DNA from: Hydrolagus colliei
Taxonomy: Eukaryota
Assembly (NCBI GenBank): GCA_035084275.1
Contig: CM068744.1
Span: forward strand, 2,604,001 to 2,668,000
Reading direction: 5' to 3'
DNA: 64,000 nucleotides
Of this stretch, positions 13,501 to 27,100 are shown piece after piece. The notes beneath the pieces are model-generated. The model worked only from the letters and a program-made list of their open reading frames with translations. It was not told the origin of the DNA and made no database searches. The first letter of the stretch is position 1, and every line of letters starts with the position of its first letter. Both the position numbers and the translations under genes were made by a program.

Positions 13501-13809
13501 ATAATAATAATCCTTGCATTTGATACAGCGTTTTTCACCTCTTCTAGACGTCTCAAAGCGTTTCACAGAATATACTGTAAAGTGAATTCACTGTATATTT
13601 GTGGGCGAAACTCGGCAGCCAATTACGCACAGCAGCGTCCCCCACAAACAGCCGTGAATTGAGTGACAAAATTATTTTTTTTGAGGGATTACTATTAGGT
13701 GCGTGGAGTAAGGAAACTTGCCAAGGTTTCGCCCTGACCTGCCTAGAATCGAACCCAGTACTCTCGCTTGTAAGGCGAGTGCTCTAACCACTGAGCTACA
13801 AGACTCCAC
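13501..13809 (-). mobile_element. tRNA-derived SINE (near full length)
   Basis: Reverse complement gtggagtcttgTAGCTCAGTGGttagagcactcgccttacaagcgagagtactgGGTTCGATTCtag, plus core and (tta)n tail. Confidence 0.88.
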
Positions 13810-14319
13810 GAGCTACAGGACTCCAAGATGGGAAAAACAGAAAGCTGGAAACCCACAAGAAGGAAGAATGAACAGCTGAAAAAGAAAAAAAGTTCATCTT
13901 TCGGATAATTGAGAATTCTGGAAGAGTCATAGCATAAACATCAACCCATTGTTCTCTTTCATACTTTAAATGAATCGTTATCCATCTCCAGCCTCTATGT
14001 TTTAATTTTAGACATTTTGCACTCTCAGTTTTGTTTTGTTGATTTTCTGCATGAAGTCACAGTTTTAACAAACAAAAACACCAACATCTCACATTGCTCA
14101 AGTGAATTCTGAAGTTAAAAGAAAGCCATCTTATGAAAGCCATCACAATTGAGCAAATAACTAGTTTATACTGCATGGTATGAATTACTATTGAAATGAG
14201 TAGAATAACTTTGGTAGTGTATAACAAACATAAGTCTTGTTCAATAGTAATTTCACATCTTTTTAATAATTTTTCAAAAATAATTATTGACAGACCAAAA
14301 CCTTTGTTGATTGTCAGCT

Positions 14320-14685
14320 GCCATCTTGGTTCAGTTGGTAGCTCTCCTCTTCTTCTGCGTCTGAAATGATAGGTTCACGCTCCATGTGGGAACTTTACAG
14401 TCCAGGCTTCTCCAGTACAACCACTGAGGGATTTCTTGAAAGTTCTGTGTGACATTCTGTGCTTTTGTGCAGGTTTGATAAATCAGGGGGTTGATTGTGC
14501 TGAGGTCGTTGTTGAAGGTCCCATAACGCTATTTGAAAAGGGAGGTTTCTTCTGATATTCTGTGAGGCAAAGCACCAATCAAACCAACCATTCACTTCAT
14601 GACTGTTTGTGGGACCTTGCTGTGTGCAAAATAGCTGCTGCATTTGCATAGTTGCCTGTGAAGGTGCTTTGCGACATTTTGATGT
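14320..14685 (+). mobile_element. old DeuSINE-like element
   Basis: ggttcagttggtagctct head; gactgtttgtgggaccttgctgtgtgcaaaatagctgctgcattt Deu-like core. Confidence 0.65.
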
Positions 14686-15020
14686 TAGGTTTGCTACACC
14701 CTATGCAAGAATTGTTATATTCCATTACACTTTTTATTATTGTTGGAAGAAGTGAATCCATTAACCAAGTTTTTGTTTCTTTCCAAACACTCACAGGAAA
14801 CCATTTCTCTATATCCTTGGTCACAATATACAATTGTGTCAATATTGAGTTCGCTTACATCCCAAGACGATGTGATAAACATTTGTGTTGATAGATTGGA
14901 TTTAAGTGAACTGGGACAATTCCTAATGAATGTAGATGCACATTATTAACCTCAACATATCAGTTTGTATTCCTACCCAAGGAGCCAATGGGGAAACGGT
15001 GGTTTGGAAGATTGAAACAT

Positions 15021-15388
15021 TGTGGAGTCCTGTAGCTCGGTGGTTAGAGCATTTGTCTTGCAAGTGGGACACCTGGGTTTGGTTTCCAGTGGGTAAAATG
15101 TTGGGCAAGTTAGCTTACTCCACACAGCTCGGTTTGCCTGGCAGTAAGAAGGAACCCAGTTGCTAGTTGATTGGCAGATAACTTTTCTGGGGGTAATAAT
15201 TCTTTCAAAAAAAAAAAATTGGTCACTTCAATCCATAACTGTTTGTGGGGCACTGCTGTACCCAATTGGCTCCTGCGTTTCACCCACAAAATATACAGTC
15301 AATTTACTTTAGAGTATATTCTGTGAAGCGTTTTGAGACATCTCGTAGATGTGATAACATGCTATATCAAATTCAAGGATTATTGTTA
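15021..15388 (+). mobile_element. tRNA-derived SINE
   Basis: gtggagtcctgtagctcggtggttagagc head through ...gctatatcaaattcaaggattatt tail. Confidence 0.85.
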
Positions 15389-15859
15389 CCCCTTTAGTTC
15401 AGAAAAAGGTGCGTGCTGGAATTGGGACTTGGACATGGTTTTTTTCAGCCAGTATTGAGGAATATGTCTATTTTAATATCTGGTGGTAAACATCACAAAA
15501 CAACAACAAAATTACACTTGTATAGTGCCTTTCACGTCAGGAGGATGTCCCAAGGTGCTGGCAAAATAATTGTTTATGTTTAAATATTCACAGTACAGTT
15601 TAATGATTTGTTAAAATTAATGTTGTTAACACAAGGACAGGTTCTAGATTAGGTGTGTATATTTTGGTTGTTGCGTTTATTTTCTGGGTGAGTTAATCAG
15701 AACATAAAGGAAAATAATAGAAATAATCTCAATGAAGTGATGAGGCACCATAGATGCAAAGATTATTATTATTCTTGTTATTAGAGTTATGAGTATGGGT
15801 GACTATGGCTGGAAAAGGTAGCTTATTGGTCAGAATTGGTCTGCTCCTTTCCAATATCT

Positions 15860-16605
15860 ATAAGCTCCCACTTTGCGACATCATCTGTATGTATGCAGGC
15901 ATCAAATATGTCTGTCAAACATCAAGTCCTGGATAATAGCTACCTTTGTACATTAACAAAACTAAGTCCCTCCTGATTAGCTCCTGGCAGCACCACCACA
16001 TGGCAGCATCACCATCCAGGGATGCACACTCCACAATAGGTAGTCGAGAGGCTCAAACACACATTCATAATATCCAGGCTCGACTTTGCAAGTTCATCGC
16101 TTGTCGGCTTCCCCAGCTATTCCCACCAGCTCTGCAGTGTCCTCTCCCACACCAGGCTCCACAACCCTATCACCCCTATTCTCACCTGACTCCATTGAAT
16201 TCACACTTCACAGAGAATACAGTTCAAGATCCTGGTCCTTACCTTCAAAGCCCTCCAAGGCCTTGCTCCCCTCTACCACTGCAACCTCCTAGTATCCTAC
16301 CAATCTGCTGCTCTCTCTGCTGAGCAGACTCCGTCCTGCTTCAAATCCTCACCTTGTCAGGCAGGCCTTCTGCCACCTGCCCCCACTGTCTGGAACTCCA
16401 TTCCGCAGATCCTCTCCCTCAGCCCCTCCCTTACATCTCAAAACCCTCCTCTTCAACCGTACTCAGTCACCCTCCATCCACCCTGGCCTCTGCACCCCCA
16501 CTGATGCCCACGCTAGTTCGTGTCTGAAACACTGATTGTCCAGTACCTTTGGGACGTCCTTCCGATGTGAAAAACGCTATAAAAATGTAATTTTGTTGTT
16601 GTTGT
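15860..16605 (+). mobile_element. L2-clade LINE 3' fragment
   Basis: INKTKSLLI remnant, ttcaagatcctggtccttaccttcaaagccctccaaggccttgctccc, and L2 tail ending in (gtt)n. Confidence 0.75.
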
Positions 16606-17444
16606 ATTTATCGCTGATATATTTATTTCAGGTTTGGGTATGAAAACTACAAATAGGTCTGCAGGCCCGTGTTAAGGAGACAGATGAGTTTCTCTTTGGT
16701 TTGCTCTTGAGGCTCTTTCACGCTGTCCAGCATGAAAGGTGCTATGTAAAAACAAGTTGTTGTTGATATTATTTAAATGACACTTTGTCTTGATGGTTTC
16801 ATTTCCCTCCTCTTCCAGCATCACCATCTCTCTCATCCTCATCAAGATTGTCTTATTAATCCTTGCATTGGATATCTCACAGTGTTTCACAGCTTTCGGC
16901 AAGGTGTGTATTGATAGGCAAACATTCTTCCCTAGCCAAAGGTAGGCCAGTCCTATCAAATTTGCTATGTCCTCGCTGGCTCAGGCTGACAGCTGCTCTG
17001 AGCTGCCAAATGCCAGTACAACACTTGACTGTCCAATGCCTTGGGACATCCTTCCAATGTGAAAGGCTCTACATCAATGTAATTAATTGTTGTTGGCAGG
17101 GGAGATTCTAACATAAATATCCCAGCAGGGTTTGTGCAGAAAATACAGTTGGCAAGGATCCTCCATCTGTTAATAAGATATACAAGACAGATTAATTTGA
17201 TTTTTATCATGTGCATCTTCTCATTGAATGTAAGATAATCACAGTGTATTAAAGGGGAAATCGGTTGGCAATGTTCTACAGTTCTCTGTTACATTGATGT
17301 TCTCAACAAATGTCCTAATTTTACAACAATCAACTGAAATTGTTAATCCATTGTATTCATCAAATTAAATTCCCCATCTACCCTTTGGTGTGATTTCTAT
17401 CTTAGACGGTGTCTTTGTTGTTTTTAAAAAAGAATAGATACAGA

Positions 17445-17705
17445 ACTCAGTTAGACTATTGTGTCTAGTTTTGGTTACCCCACTTTAGAAAAGACATTAA
17501 GATGATATACTGCAGAGAAGATTTACTAAGATTATACTTGGGATGGGTGGTTTGGCCTATCAGGGGCGACTGGAAGAACTGGGACTTTTAACCATGGAAC
17601 CAAGGTTGATAGAGATCTTTAATATTGTGATATCAATAGAGTCAATAGAGAGACATTATTTCCACTGGCCAGTGAGTCAGTGATTAGAAGGCATCAATTT
17701 AAGAT
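17445..17705 (+). mobile_element. CR1 LINE fragment
   Basis: Remnant of the QFWSP..RKDI..QRRFT..I..RL..LGLF CR1 ORF2 C-terminus. Confidence 0.65.
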
Positions 17706-18709
17706 AATAATAATACTAGTGATCCTTGCATTTGATATCGTGCTCTTCACGTCTTCTAGATGTCTCAAAGCGCTTCACAAAGGATTCTAAAGGATTATTC
17801 TTAAAGAACCAGAAACAGACACAATGAGCCAAATGAAGTTCTTCAGTGCCCTTTACAGAAGAGGTCTGTGCATCCATTAGATTGGAGAGTTTGTAGATTG
17901 CTTTACCTATGCTATGCACTAAAACATTAAGATGTTTTAGTGGTAACTGACCTGTTGGTTGACCACTTCATTGCAGGTCCTGGTTACATCCTGCTCCATC
18001 ACAAGCTAGAGATAGAAATCGTCCAGTACTTGGCTGTTCGGGAGTAGCTAGACCCCCATTTCACTTTATCTCTGCCTAGAGGCAACACTTTGTGTTCATG
18101 CCCAGTTTATCATTGGCTTTGTGATCTGTAAAGTGACATTAATTTAGAGTCCATCACCTCCCATATCCTCCTCCTAACTACTGGAAGTGATGATGCAACT
18201 TGCGTGTCTAAAAAAACAATTCACAATATCATACAGAAGCTAATCCATCAGGAAGTCAGCTCTTGCCTCAGTGAATACGGAATCACACCTCATGCCCGGA
18301 TGTAACATTGCTCCTGGTGCAGTCATTTTATGCTTGTGAAACACGTTTCTTTCCTGAGCATTGAAATACCTCCGCAGACATTAATGTGCTTGGAACTCTA
18401 AATGCTTTGATTACTTGAAAGCGAACGGCCCACAGACGTGCTGCAGGAAAGAATGATGTAGTGTGTCGGAGTAGAAATAGTTTTACTTGTAAGAGTCAAA
18501 ACAGTTAGAAAAATCACTAATAAAGTTACAATAACAGTTATGTAATATTACAGTTTTCCTCAAAGAGCCCAAACTTTCCAAATAAACTTTTAATATTGGA
18601 TGTTAAACAGCAGTAACTGCACTAGATAACAATGGCCTATACAACCTATGTAACAAAATTACATTTGTATTGCACCTTTCAGGTCGAGAGGACATCCCAA
18701 GGCACTGAA

Positions 18710-19620
18710 ACAACAACAACTTGCATTTATATAGTGCCCTCCACACCAGGTAACATCTCAGAGTGTTTAACAGAGATGGAGCCGGAATGGGATGAGGGAA
18801 GAAGGTTGAAGAGAAAGGTTTACAGGCAGGACTTGAAAAGGGGGAGAGAAGGGGCAAGGCAGAGGAATTGAGGGATAGTGTTCCAGAGTTTTGTGGCTGA
18901 AAGCATGATTTTTGATTGTGTGGTGGAGGGTGGAAGGAATGAGCAGGAGGCTGGAGCTAGTCGAGTAGAGACTCAGGTTAGTGGATTGGGGAGTGAGGAG
19001 GTCAGAGAGGTAGCAAGGTGCAAGATTGTGAGTGGATTTGAACATAAGTGTCAGGATCTTGAAGAGAATCCGTTCGGTGATGGGCAGCCAGTGGAGCCTG
19101 GCCAGAACTCCCAAGTGTGGGGTGACAAATGCACGCACAAAGTTTTCAACTGTATTCGGGATAAGGTACATTCAGAGGTGGGCAATGTGGCAGAGGTGGA
19201 AGAAGGTGGTCCTGGTCAGGCCCTAGGTGTGGGGAAGGAAGGACAACTGGGGGTCAAATGGTTCGATGAGTCTGAGGAAGAGCCCAAGGTGGTTGAAGAA
19301 TTTAGAACCACAGGAATGAAGACATTGATGGGAGCCAAGGAGTATGGCTTCCAGCTTGTCTATATTAGAATGTCCCAGTTACTACTTTCAGCACCAGTAG
19401 ACGTTCTACTGGTCGTTCACATCCTCCCGATGTGAAAAGCGCTCTATCAATGTAATTTTGTGTGTTGCTGTTGTTCAGCTACAGGAAGATTACATTCATC
19501 CAGGCCTTGATGTCCACCAGACAAGCTGATAGAACATGGCAGACTTGGAGTTCGGACTGGAGGACGCAAAATAGATTTGTGTGTTATCCGCATACATGTG
19601 GAAGTTTACCCAGTGTGACT
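18710..19620 (-). mobile_element. L2-clade LINE 3' fragment
   Basis: ORF 18767-19171 LARLHWLPITERILFKILTLMFKSTHNLAPCYLSDLL; tatccgcatacatgtggaag (MYAD) at about 19590. Confidence 0.85.
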
Positions 19621-20760
19621 AGTTGACTATAGGATACTAAACTGTGATTAGCAACTCCCTTTATTTCTGTCCCTCCATCTTCCCGACAACAATATTTAGC
19701 CCTGCCAACCCTGACAACCTCATAGAATTACTTAGATCTTCAGCCTAAATGGAACATACTAATGTTTATACTCCATACGAGTCTCCGTCCCTTCTATTCC
19801 CCTCTCCACAATCTTATATTCCCTGCTCAATCATGGATAAAGTGTTAAAACTGTGCAAATATATAGATGATGTGTGCAAGAATAATTTAAGATAAAGTAA
19901 GCAAATGTGCACAAATATTATGTAACTTTTACGCTACCAAGTTTCCAAAAAAATCAAAAACACTACAAATTATTCATTTATAGCTTCCTAATAAAATCAT
20001 TCCATAAATTTTCTTCAGGCTGTAAAACACTGTATACAATATCAGATACCAATTCATTATTCATTGAAGAAAATACTCCAAAAAATAATTATTCAACCCT
20101 TGTAGAGCTAACTCTAATTAAGACTGAAATCCCATTGGGTCTTGAATGGATGTTTTAACATGAAAAATCTGTCCAGAGCTTTCACTTCAGACCACCCATC
20201 TACTAAAAATAATAAATACTGTAAAATGTGGCATATTTGAGAATATAAATCTGTATTAAAGTTATGAGGTGGCTTGGAAATATATCCCTAACCAAAATGG
20301 CTGTTTGTTCAACCATGGAACAAAAGCAAAGTACAGAAGTCTCAATGGAAAATAACCAAATATACAAGAAATGTGCCATTCTTTTCATATATAACTCTAA
20401 GTGTTGATGTCGTTGACCTCCATTAATAGTCAAAGGAAAAATACTTTCGGGTGTCACGAGGGATATCACTATTTTTGAAGAAATATTTAATTCTGTCCGG
20501 TATTCAACAACAACTTGAATTTTTATAGTGTCCGATTGCCCAGGACAGTGTCTCAGAGCACTGCAAGGTTGCAAACTAGAAAGTGTTCAGGTGAAATCCA
20601 CCTAAACCAGAAAGGGCAGAAATTGAAGCTACTGCAAAGTGACTTACTCATAATGTGAGTCACTTTTCTTTTCTTCTCCTGAAACAAACTTTCAGGAAAA
20701 TAACTTTTCTTTTCCTGAAGTAATAAAAGACCACAAAGTTGTTGGTGCTCCACGCTGTCA

Positions 20761-21145
20761 ACAACAACAAAATTCCATTGTTAGAGCGCCTTTCATGCTG
20801 GGAGGACGTCCCAAGGCTGAACAGTTAGGTCAGGACCGAGTGAGTGGGGGGGGGGGGGGCGGGGGGGGGGCGGGGGGGGGGGGGGGGGGGCGAGGTAGGG
20901 GGAAGGAGAGTACGAGAGGGGGGAGAGGTAGGAAGGGAGCAGAAGGCATGGTTGAAGAGGAAGGTCTTGAGACCGGCCCTAAAGGAGGAAAGGGAGGAAG
21001 CGAGGTGAAGGGATTGCGGGATGGAGATCCAGAGTGTGGAGGCAGAGAGGCTGAAAGCCCAGCCACCAATGGTAGGGTGGTTTGGATGGAGGACATGGAA
21101 AGGCCAGAGCCCGCTGAGCGGAGGGGACGGGCAGGCGGATAGGGA
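20761..21145 (-). mobile_element. L2-clade LINE 3' end
   Basis: Tail agcgcctttcatgctgggaggacgtcccaagg with G-rich 3'UTR and GLKTFLF remnant. Confidence 0.8.
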
Positions 21146-24100
21146 GACTGCGGGTCGGAGAGATAGGTGTTAAGTAACAGTATCTAGTTAACACTGGTAG
21201 TGAATCTCTTTCTGGCATCTTGTTTGGATTTTGCACTCTTGGTTGGATGCCCAGATGACATTTTTGTCTGCAGCTCCAACAATGTATGAAGGCTAGACAG
21301 CCCGTCCGTGAGGCTAGCTGGTAATGGCAAGTGTATCTTTGCTGCCACCAGGATAACAGTGATAAATGCATTATCCTGGTGGGTGAGCAAAGCCTAACTA
21401 ACAGATACAGCTTAAAGAATAAATCTTAAATTGGGGGACTCTGATTCGTTTAATACAATCATAAGGTCAAAACCAAATGCATAGTCAATCTGTGCGGTTA
21501 AGGCAGCATGGAGTGAAGATAGCATTAGGACAGATATAAGAACTCCAGTAGTATGATATTTTTGGGTTAGCTATGTGAAAGATATACAAGCGTACAGATG
21601 TGCTTAACCAAACACAAACCAAACTATCACCATAGAAAAGTACAGTAGAGAAGAATGTTAATAATAATACTCCTACATTTGGTGTTGTGCCTTGACATCG
21701 GGAGGACATCTCAACATTGTAAGTGTAGTGACTGGGTGTATTTGGGTAAAAGCGTCAATCAATTTGTGTACAACAAAATAAATAACCATAAAATAAATAA
21801 CCAATTTAGCAGGTGAAATTCCCTTCTCTTTTAAAATAGTATCATGGGATCTTTAAAGTCCATTTTAAGACACAGAGGGAACCTTGGGTTCAACATTTCA
21901 TCTGAAGGTTGGCCCCTCAGCAATGCATTAGGATGGCAGCTAACAGGGCTGATATTGGCTTTGAATCTTCTAACTCAGTGGGTTGAGGTCATTTGCCATA
22001 ATTATTCCTTTTTAGATATCTGCTAAGCTTTCTACATACGCATGACATTTCCATTTATCTAAAATGCAGTGAATGCATAACCTCTCCCACAGGAAAACGC
22101 CTGCAAACCTAATCACCCAGGCACAGATTGGCTGTGCTGCTGCAGTGTAACGAGCTTCACCACACACCTGCCATTGCCTGGCCAGCTTCCTGCTGCTTGT
22201 TGCTTTAGCAGTACCCTACCAGTTAGGGCTTTGGCTTCCAGGGTTAAAAAGAATTGATGAGATGAGACCCTGCGGTAAGCAGTGAAGCTCTTTGAGAAAC
22301 GCAGGTATAATATTGGGCTAATGCATTACGGGTCCAATTTGAAGCTACTGTCTAAAAATAACAGTGGGAAGACAACAAGCAATAAGAATGATGACTTTGA
22401 AATATTATATATGGATGTTGTCCTGATGTGGTTAGATGACCACTACAACAACAGCAAAATGACACTTGCACAGCGGCTTTCATGTCAGGAAGACATCCCA
22501 AGGCACTGGACAGGCATTGTTTCAGAGCCGAGCTGGGGTCGGGGACGGGGAGGGTGGAGGGAAAGGGGGGGATTTCGAGAGAACGATGGGACTGTCGAAG
22601 AGGAGGGTCTAAAGGCGGGACTTGAAGGAGGCCAGGGAGGGGGCATGGAGCAGGCCGGAGCCTGCTGAGTGTAGGGGGTGATCAGGTTGGTAGGGGGTTA
22701 GGAGGTCGTAGACGTAGGTTGGGGTGAAGCTGTGGAGGGCTTTGAATATCAGTAAATTTATAGAGGGGGAAATGTTAGATTAGCAACCCTACAAGCTTAT
22801 TTGTGTATCTGCTATGAATTTGAACTCAGAGTCACGGCTGATATTCAATTGGAAGTTGTGAATTATCAGAGGACCATCTTTTGGATGACACAGTCAGCCC
22901 TTCATCCCATTTGTTTTCAGCCTTCCAGAATACGCACATTACTGTCTTCCCAAAGCAGCATTGAGTTGTTGGTTTAAATGAATCTAGTGTCCTGACATCA
23001 ACCACCCTTCCTGATAACATATTCCAAAATGAAAGATAGCGACCACCAACAAGGACAAAACCATACATGTGTACAGTAACCTTGATGTAGGGCAGAGTCT
23101 TGGAGTGCTTAACAATGGCAGAGCGCAACGCCGAGTTGGGTGGAAGCAGAAGGTGAACGTAAGCAAGGTTGAAGAGGATGTGATTTAAAAGAGGGGAAGC
23201 AGGGGGAAAGACAGAGGGATTGAGGGAGAGAGTTACAAAGCTTTCAGCCATTACGCCCCAAAGCTTTCGTCTTAATCATGATTGCATTCTAAGCTAATCA
23301 TGCCTTGCTTCAGCATGTGTTACAAATGTACTTCAGCTAAATTTCCTTGGAATCAATCAGAAATCCTAGCAAAGAACACTGAGCAATATGTCACCGACTT
23401 AACACCAGGGATGATAACTGTAGCTTTCATGACAAATAAAGAAATTTAAGGGTAATTTGATGGAGGAATTTGCAGTAATGACAAGCTAAATAGTGATTGA
23501 CACTTCCCTCTGATGAAGGGATCAAAAATAATGGGGCCATAATTAGAGAAATTAGATCAGAAAATAATTTTTCCCACAGAGCAGGTAAACATGTGAATGA
23601 ACAGCCCCTGAAGGCCTTAAAGCCATTGGGACGTTTGAAAGGGTGGTGAACATTTAGGAAGGAAAAGGCATGAAGAAATAGGAAAATAGGAGAAATATAA
23701 ATCTGATTATATCTGATGTAATCCAATCAACTGTTAGAATAGATTAGGCTTGATGGGTTAAATGGCCTCCTCCCATTCTAATGTCTTTGCTCTTTTTTTC
23801 CAACCTCAATCCTAAATCTTACAATGTGTTTGTTTGTTCCAACAATGGGTTCTTACGATCTCTGACTCCAATCTTCCTTTTGCCAAATGCTCTGCAACAA
23901 ATCCCATTCTGAATGATTGGCAACATTGGGATGGGGATCATTGAATCCTTTGCTATTTTTCTTTGGTCCAACTGTTGCTATCATTCTGATCTCTGTCTCT
24001 GTATATGAAGTGACTGATGTCAATTCAACTGGCAGTGCACTGTCTCATATTTCACTCTCTTATTTTCAAATCTGGCACTGCATCTCTGCTTGATTCTATC

Positions 24101-27100
24101 CCTAGATTTGCTGTGTCTGGTACAAATTCTGTCCATCTCACTTTGCATCTGAAGTATGTGTGCAAAGGCCAACTTTATATCTGCTCTTAATTTCTGTAAC
24201 TTTAAACATAATGTTTGCTCAACTAAGTTCCAATTATACTCCACATATCCTGCCCTGAACAGGCACACTGCATTATAATCAAAACTCATCGCGCAATCTT
24301 GCACTCAAACTCATTGATTACTGAAAACGTCAAATCACTGGAACTGTCATGGACTTAAACATGTCATCATTCAAGGCCCGAACATACTTTTAGCCTTAAG
24401 ATCATTGCCTTGAAATGTAATATCATGGAGATCTTCTGTAGCAAAGTAGAAAAGAAGCAAAGGATTTTTTTTTTTTTTAGGTAAGCTTGAATCCTATGAA
24501 CCAGCGTGAACAATTGCATATTTCATGGACCAAAATGTAGTGACCGTTCTGGGTGGTTTCAGCCCAACCATTGTACCAAAGGTAATACTTCCAAAGGGGT
24601 CTTTAGCTGTCAACTCTTTTAATTGTGTTGATCATAAACCAGATAGTAATTATCACTGTTGAGTTTTCATCAATAATGTTTCATCAAACATTGGATAAAT
24701 ACAAACATTGGATAAGTAACATTGGATAAATACAAATTTACAAATGTTGCACCATCTCCACAAACATAATTAAATTAGTTCTGTACTTCTTTGCTACATT
24801 ACAATATTCTACCATCATATGCCAATAGTTAAGCATCCCCTTACATCCATACCCCTGGGAAGGGAAAGTAAAAAGGCAAGTAAAGGCACCAAGATTGAGT
24901 TCTGCAAAGAGGGGAGAGGAAACCAAAGACCTGGAACAGCCTGGTTGCATCTGCCAGTTATACCTTAGGCTGTGCTAGTAGCTGTCAATCAAAATCTGTT
25001 GGACAGTTCTTTCTCTAGGCCAACTGGCTCTAAATCTGATACCAATAAGAATTGAAACGGCCTCATCCTGCTTTGGTCTGTGTAACAGTTTTATGTGGAT
25101 TGGGTGTGCCTCCTTCCAAAGGATGCTCGGGTTAATGGACAAGTATTTAAACAGATTATATTTAACACACCTTTCAGTCATACTGAAAGTTTTTGGCATT
25201 TGCAAATTCAAGGTTTACTTGCGTGCAGTTGCTCAGCCTTAAAAGTATTTTCAAACCATTTATAGTTTTCACAATGCTCCTTGGTTTATGCTTTTGGGTC
25301 TGTGTGTATAAACACAAGAATATTTTTTTCTATAGCTTCCCTTCCCAGATTAGACAACCACTCACAAACTGTTCCCCAATCAATCTAATCCAGTAAGCAA
25401 GATATATCATATACATTGTGTATTATCAATGCAGTGAAATTCACGTAAGTTGAATCAGTCAGAACCATAACATTTAATATGACTTACACAAATTATGAGT
25501 TTCAGTCAAACATCGATCTGTAGGAATTTTTACTATTATCACATAACAGTAAATAACTACCTTGTTTCTCGTACTTGTTTCAACCGATCACACTGTGCTG
25601 TACTGAACATGCGGTATTTCATCACTGTAGCCAGTACATTCAACAACAACAACAACCACAAAATTACGCTTGTATACCGCCTGTCATGTCAGGAGGACGT
25701 CCCAAGGAGCTGGTCACATGCAGTGACTGGAGAAAATTTCCTTTCCCGTACGTGTTTCAAATGGAATGCATGGATACTTCAATCCTTTGTTAAGTGTGCT
25801 TAGGGAAATGGCTCAAGACTTAATTTCCCGTGATTCACACACACTAGCTGTACACGCAGTAATGGATCAAAATATTGCACATGCGTACTTCACTGCAGTG
25901 ATGGGCTAAGACTTCATTCATAATAATAAAATCACCCTTGCATTTGATATAGCACTTTTAACATTTTCTAGATGTCATAAAGTGCTTCACAGAATATACT
26001 GTAAAGTGAATTGACTGTATACATGTGGGAACATATGTGACTGCATATATGTGCGCACTGCATTTCCATGCAACGTTTGCAACAAGTGTAGGAAGCAGCA
26101 CTAAGTGAAGTAGTGGTGCTACAAACTGAGAGTTAATTTACATAGGAGTGAGGATTAAGACCAAGAAACAGTTACGATCTAGCAATTTATCCGATTTATA
26201 AAATACGACTCGTGCAAAGAAATCAAACTGTTTTTCAGTAGGAAATTGTGGAGGGTGAAACGTGGGCCAAGTTCCCTTACTCCAGATGCCTCTGTGGTCA
26301 ATATATTTGTAAAAAAGTGGAAAATAAGTTTGATTAGACTATTTATATTAAATTCTTATTTCTGTAGCTATGCTATAAAAATTGTATCGCACAGACCAGA
26401 TAATATGTAATTATGCAGCTCAGTGATTATGCAGACACTTTTACTTTACATATAAAGCTTAGATAGTTTACAGTGTTTTATGTAAGGCACACATCTGCAC
26501 AAGTTATTAGGATCGATTCAGCCTGCCATGTTCAGTATTTTACTATTTGAATTCTGGAATATGTGCTCATTACACAGATTACAAAAGAACATAAGAACAT
26601 AACATGAGAACATCAGAACATATTCTTAGATGAATTGCAATTCACGTATCCACTTTATACAGTGGTTTATTAAAATTCATTCTCTCTGAGTCCATGTGGT
26701 GAATGGTTCCAGATCAGTAATTGTTGTTCACCCCCATCAGATTTATCAAATGTCTGTGTAGCATCACAAATGTTGTCAAATTACAAGAAGCAGGGCTTCT
26801 CCAGGTTAATTATGAAGTGAAATTGTGACCAACGTAGGGCCCAGTCACCCCCTCAGCCAGAGCTGTTTCCTTCTCGTCTCTTCAATTCTAGTCAACCATT
26901 TGCACCTAAACTAAAAATCCCTCTTGACTACACCAGAGTAGCCTGTGATGATCGTTGTGCCTTCATTATTAACAAGTTGGACTTATATAGCAGCATTCAC
27001 ACAGAAGCACTAATGGATTTAGCAGTGGGAGCAGTGGATACCAATATGTGGGCAGGCTTCAAAGTGACCAAAGACATGGTTCTAAAGATAGATCTCTAGA

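Noticed and set aside
13740-13809. tRNA-Val(TAC)-like sequences (also about 340-409, 15021, 29678, 45181, 50132, 51534)
   Set aside because: These are SINE heads: A/B boxes are present, but there is no acceptor stem and most run into SINE bodies
18878-19435. 185-aa plus-strand ORF (and similar ORFs at 7283, 20795, 30182)
   Set aside because: Antisense frames of L2 LINE fragments
22255-22292. Hammerhead-like gatgag..ctgc ggtaa gcag..gaag
   Set aside because: Lacks the canonical CUGANGA and GAAA cores and identifiable stems I/III
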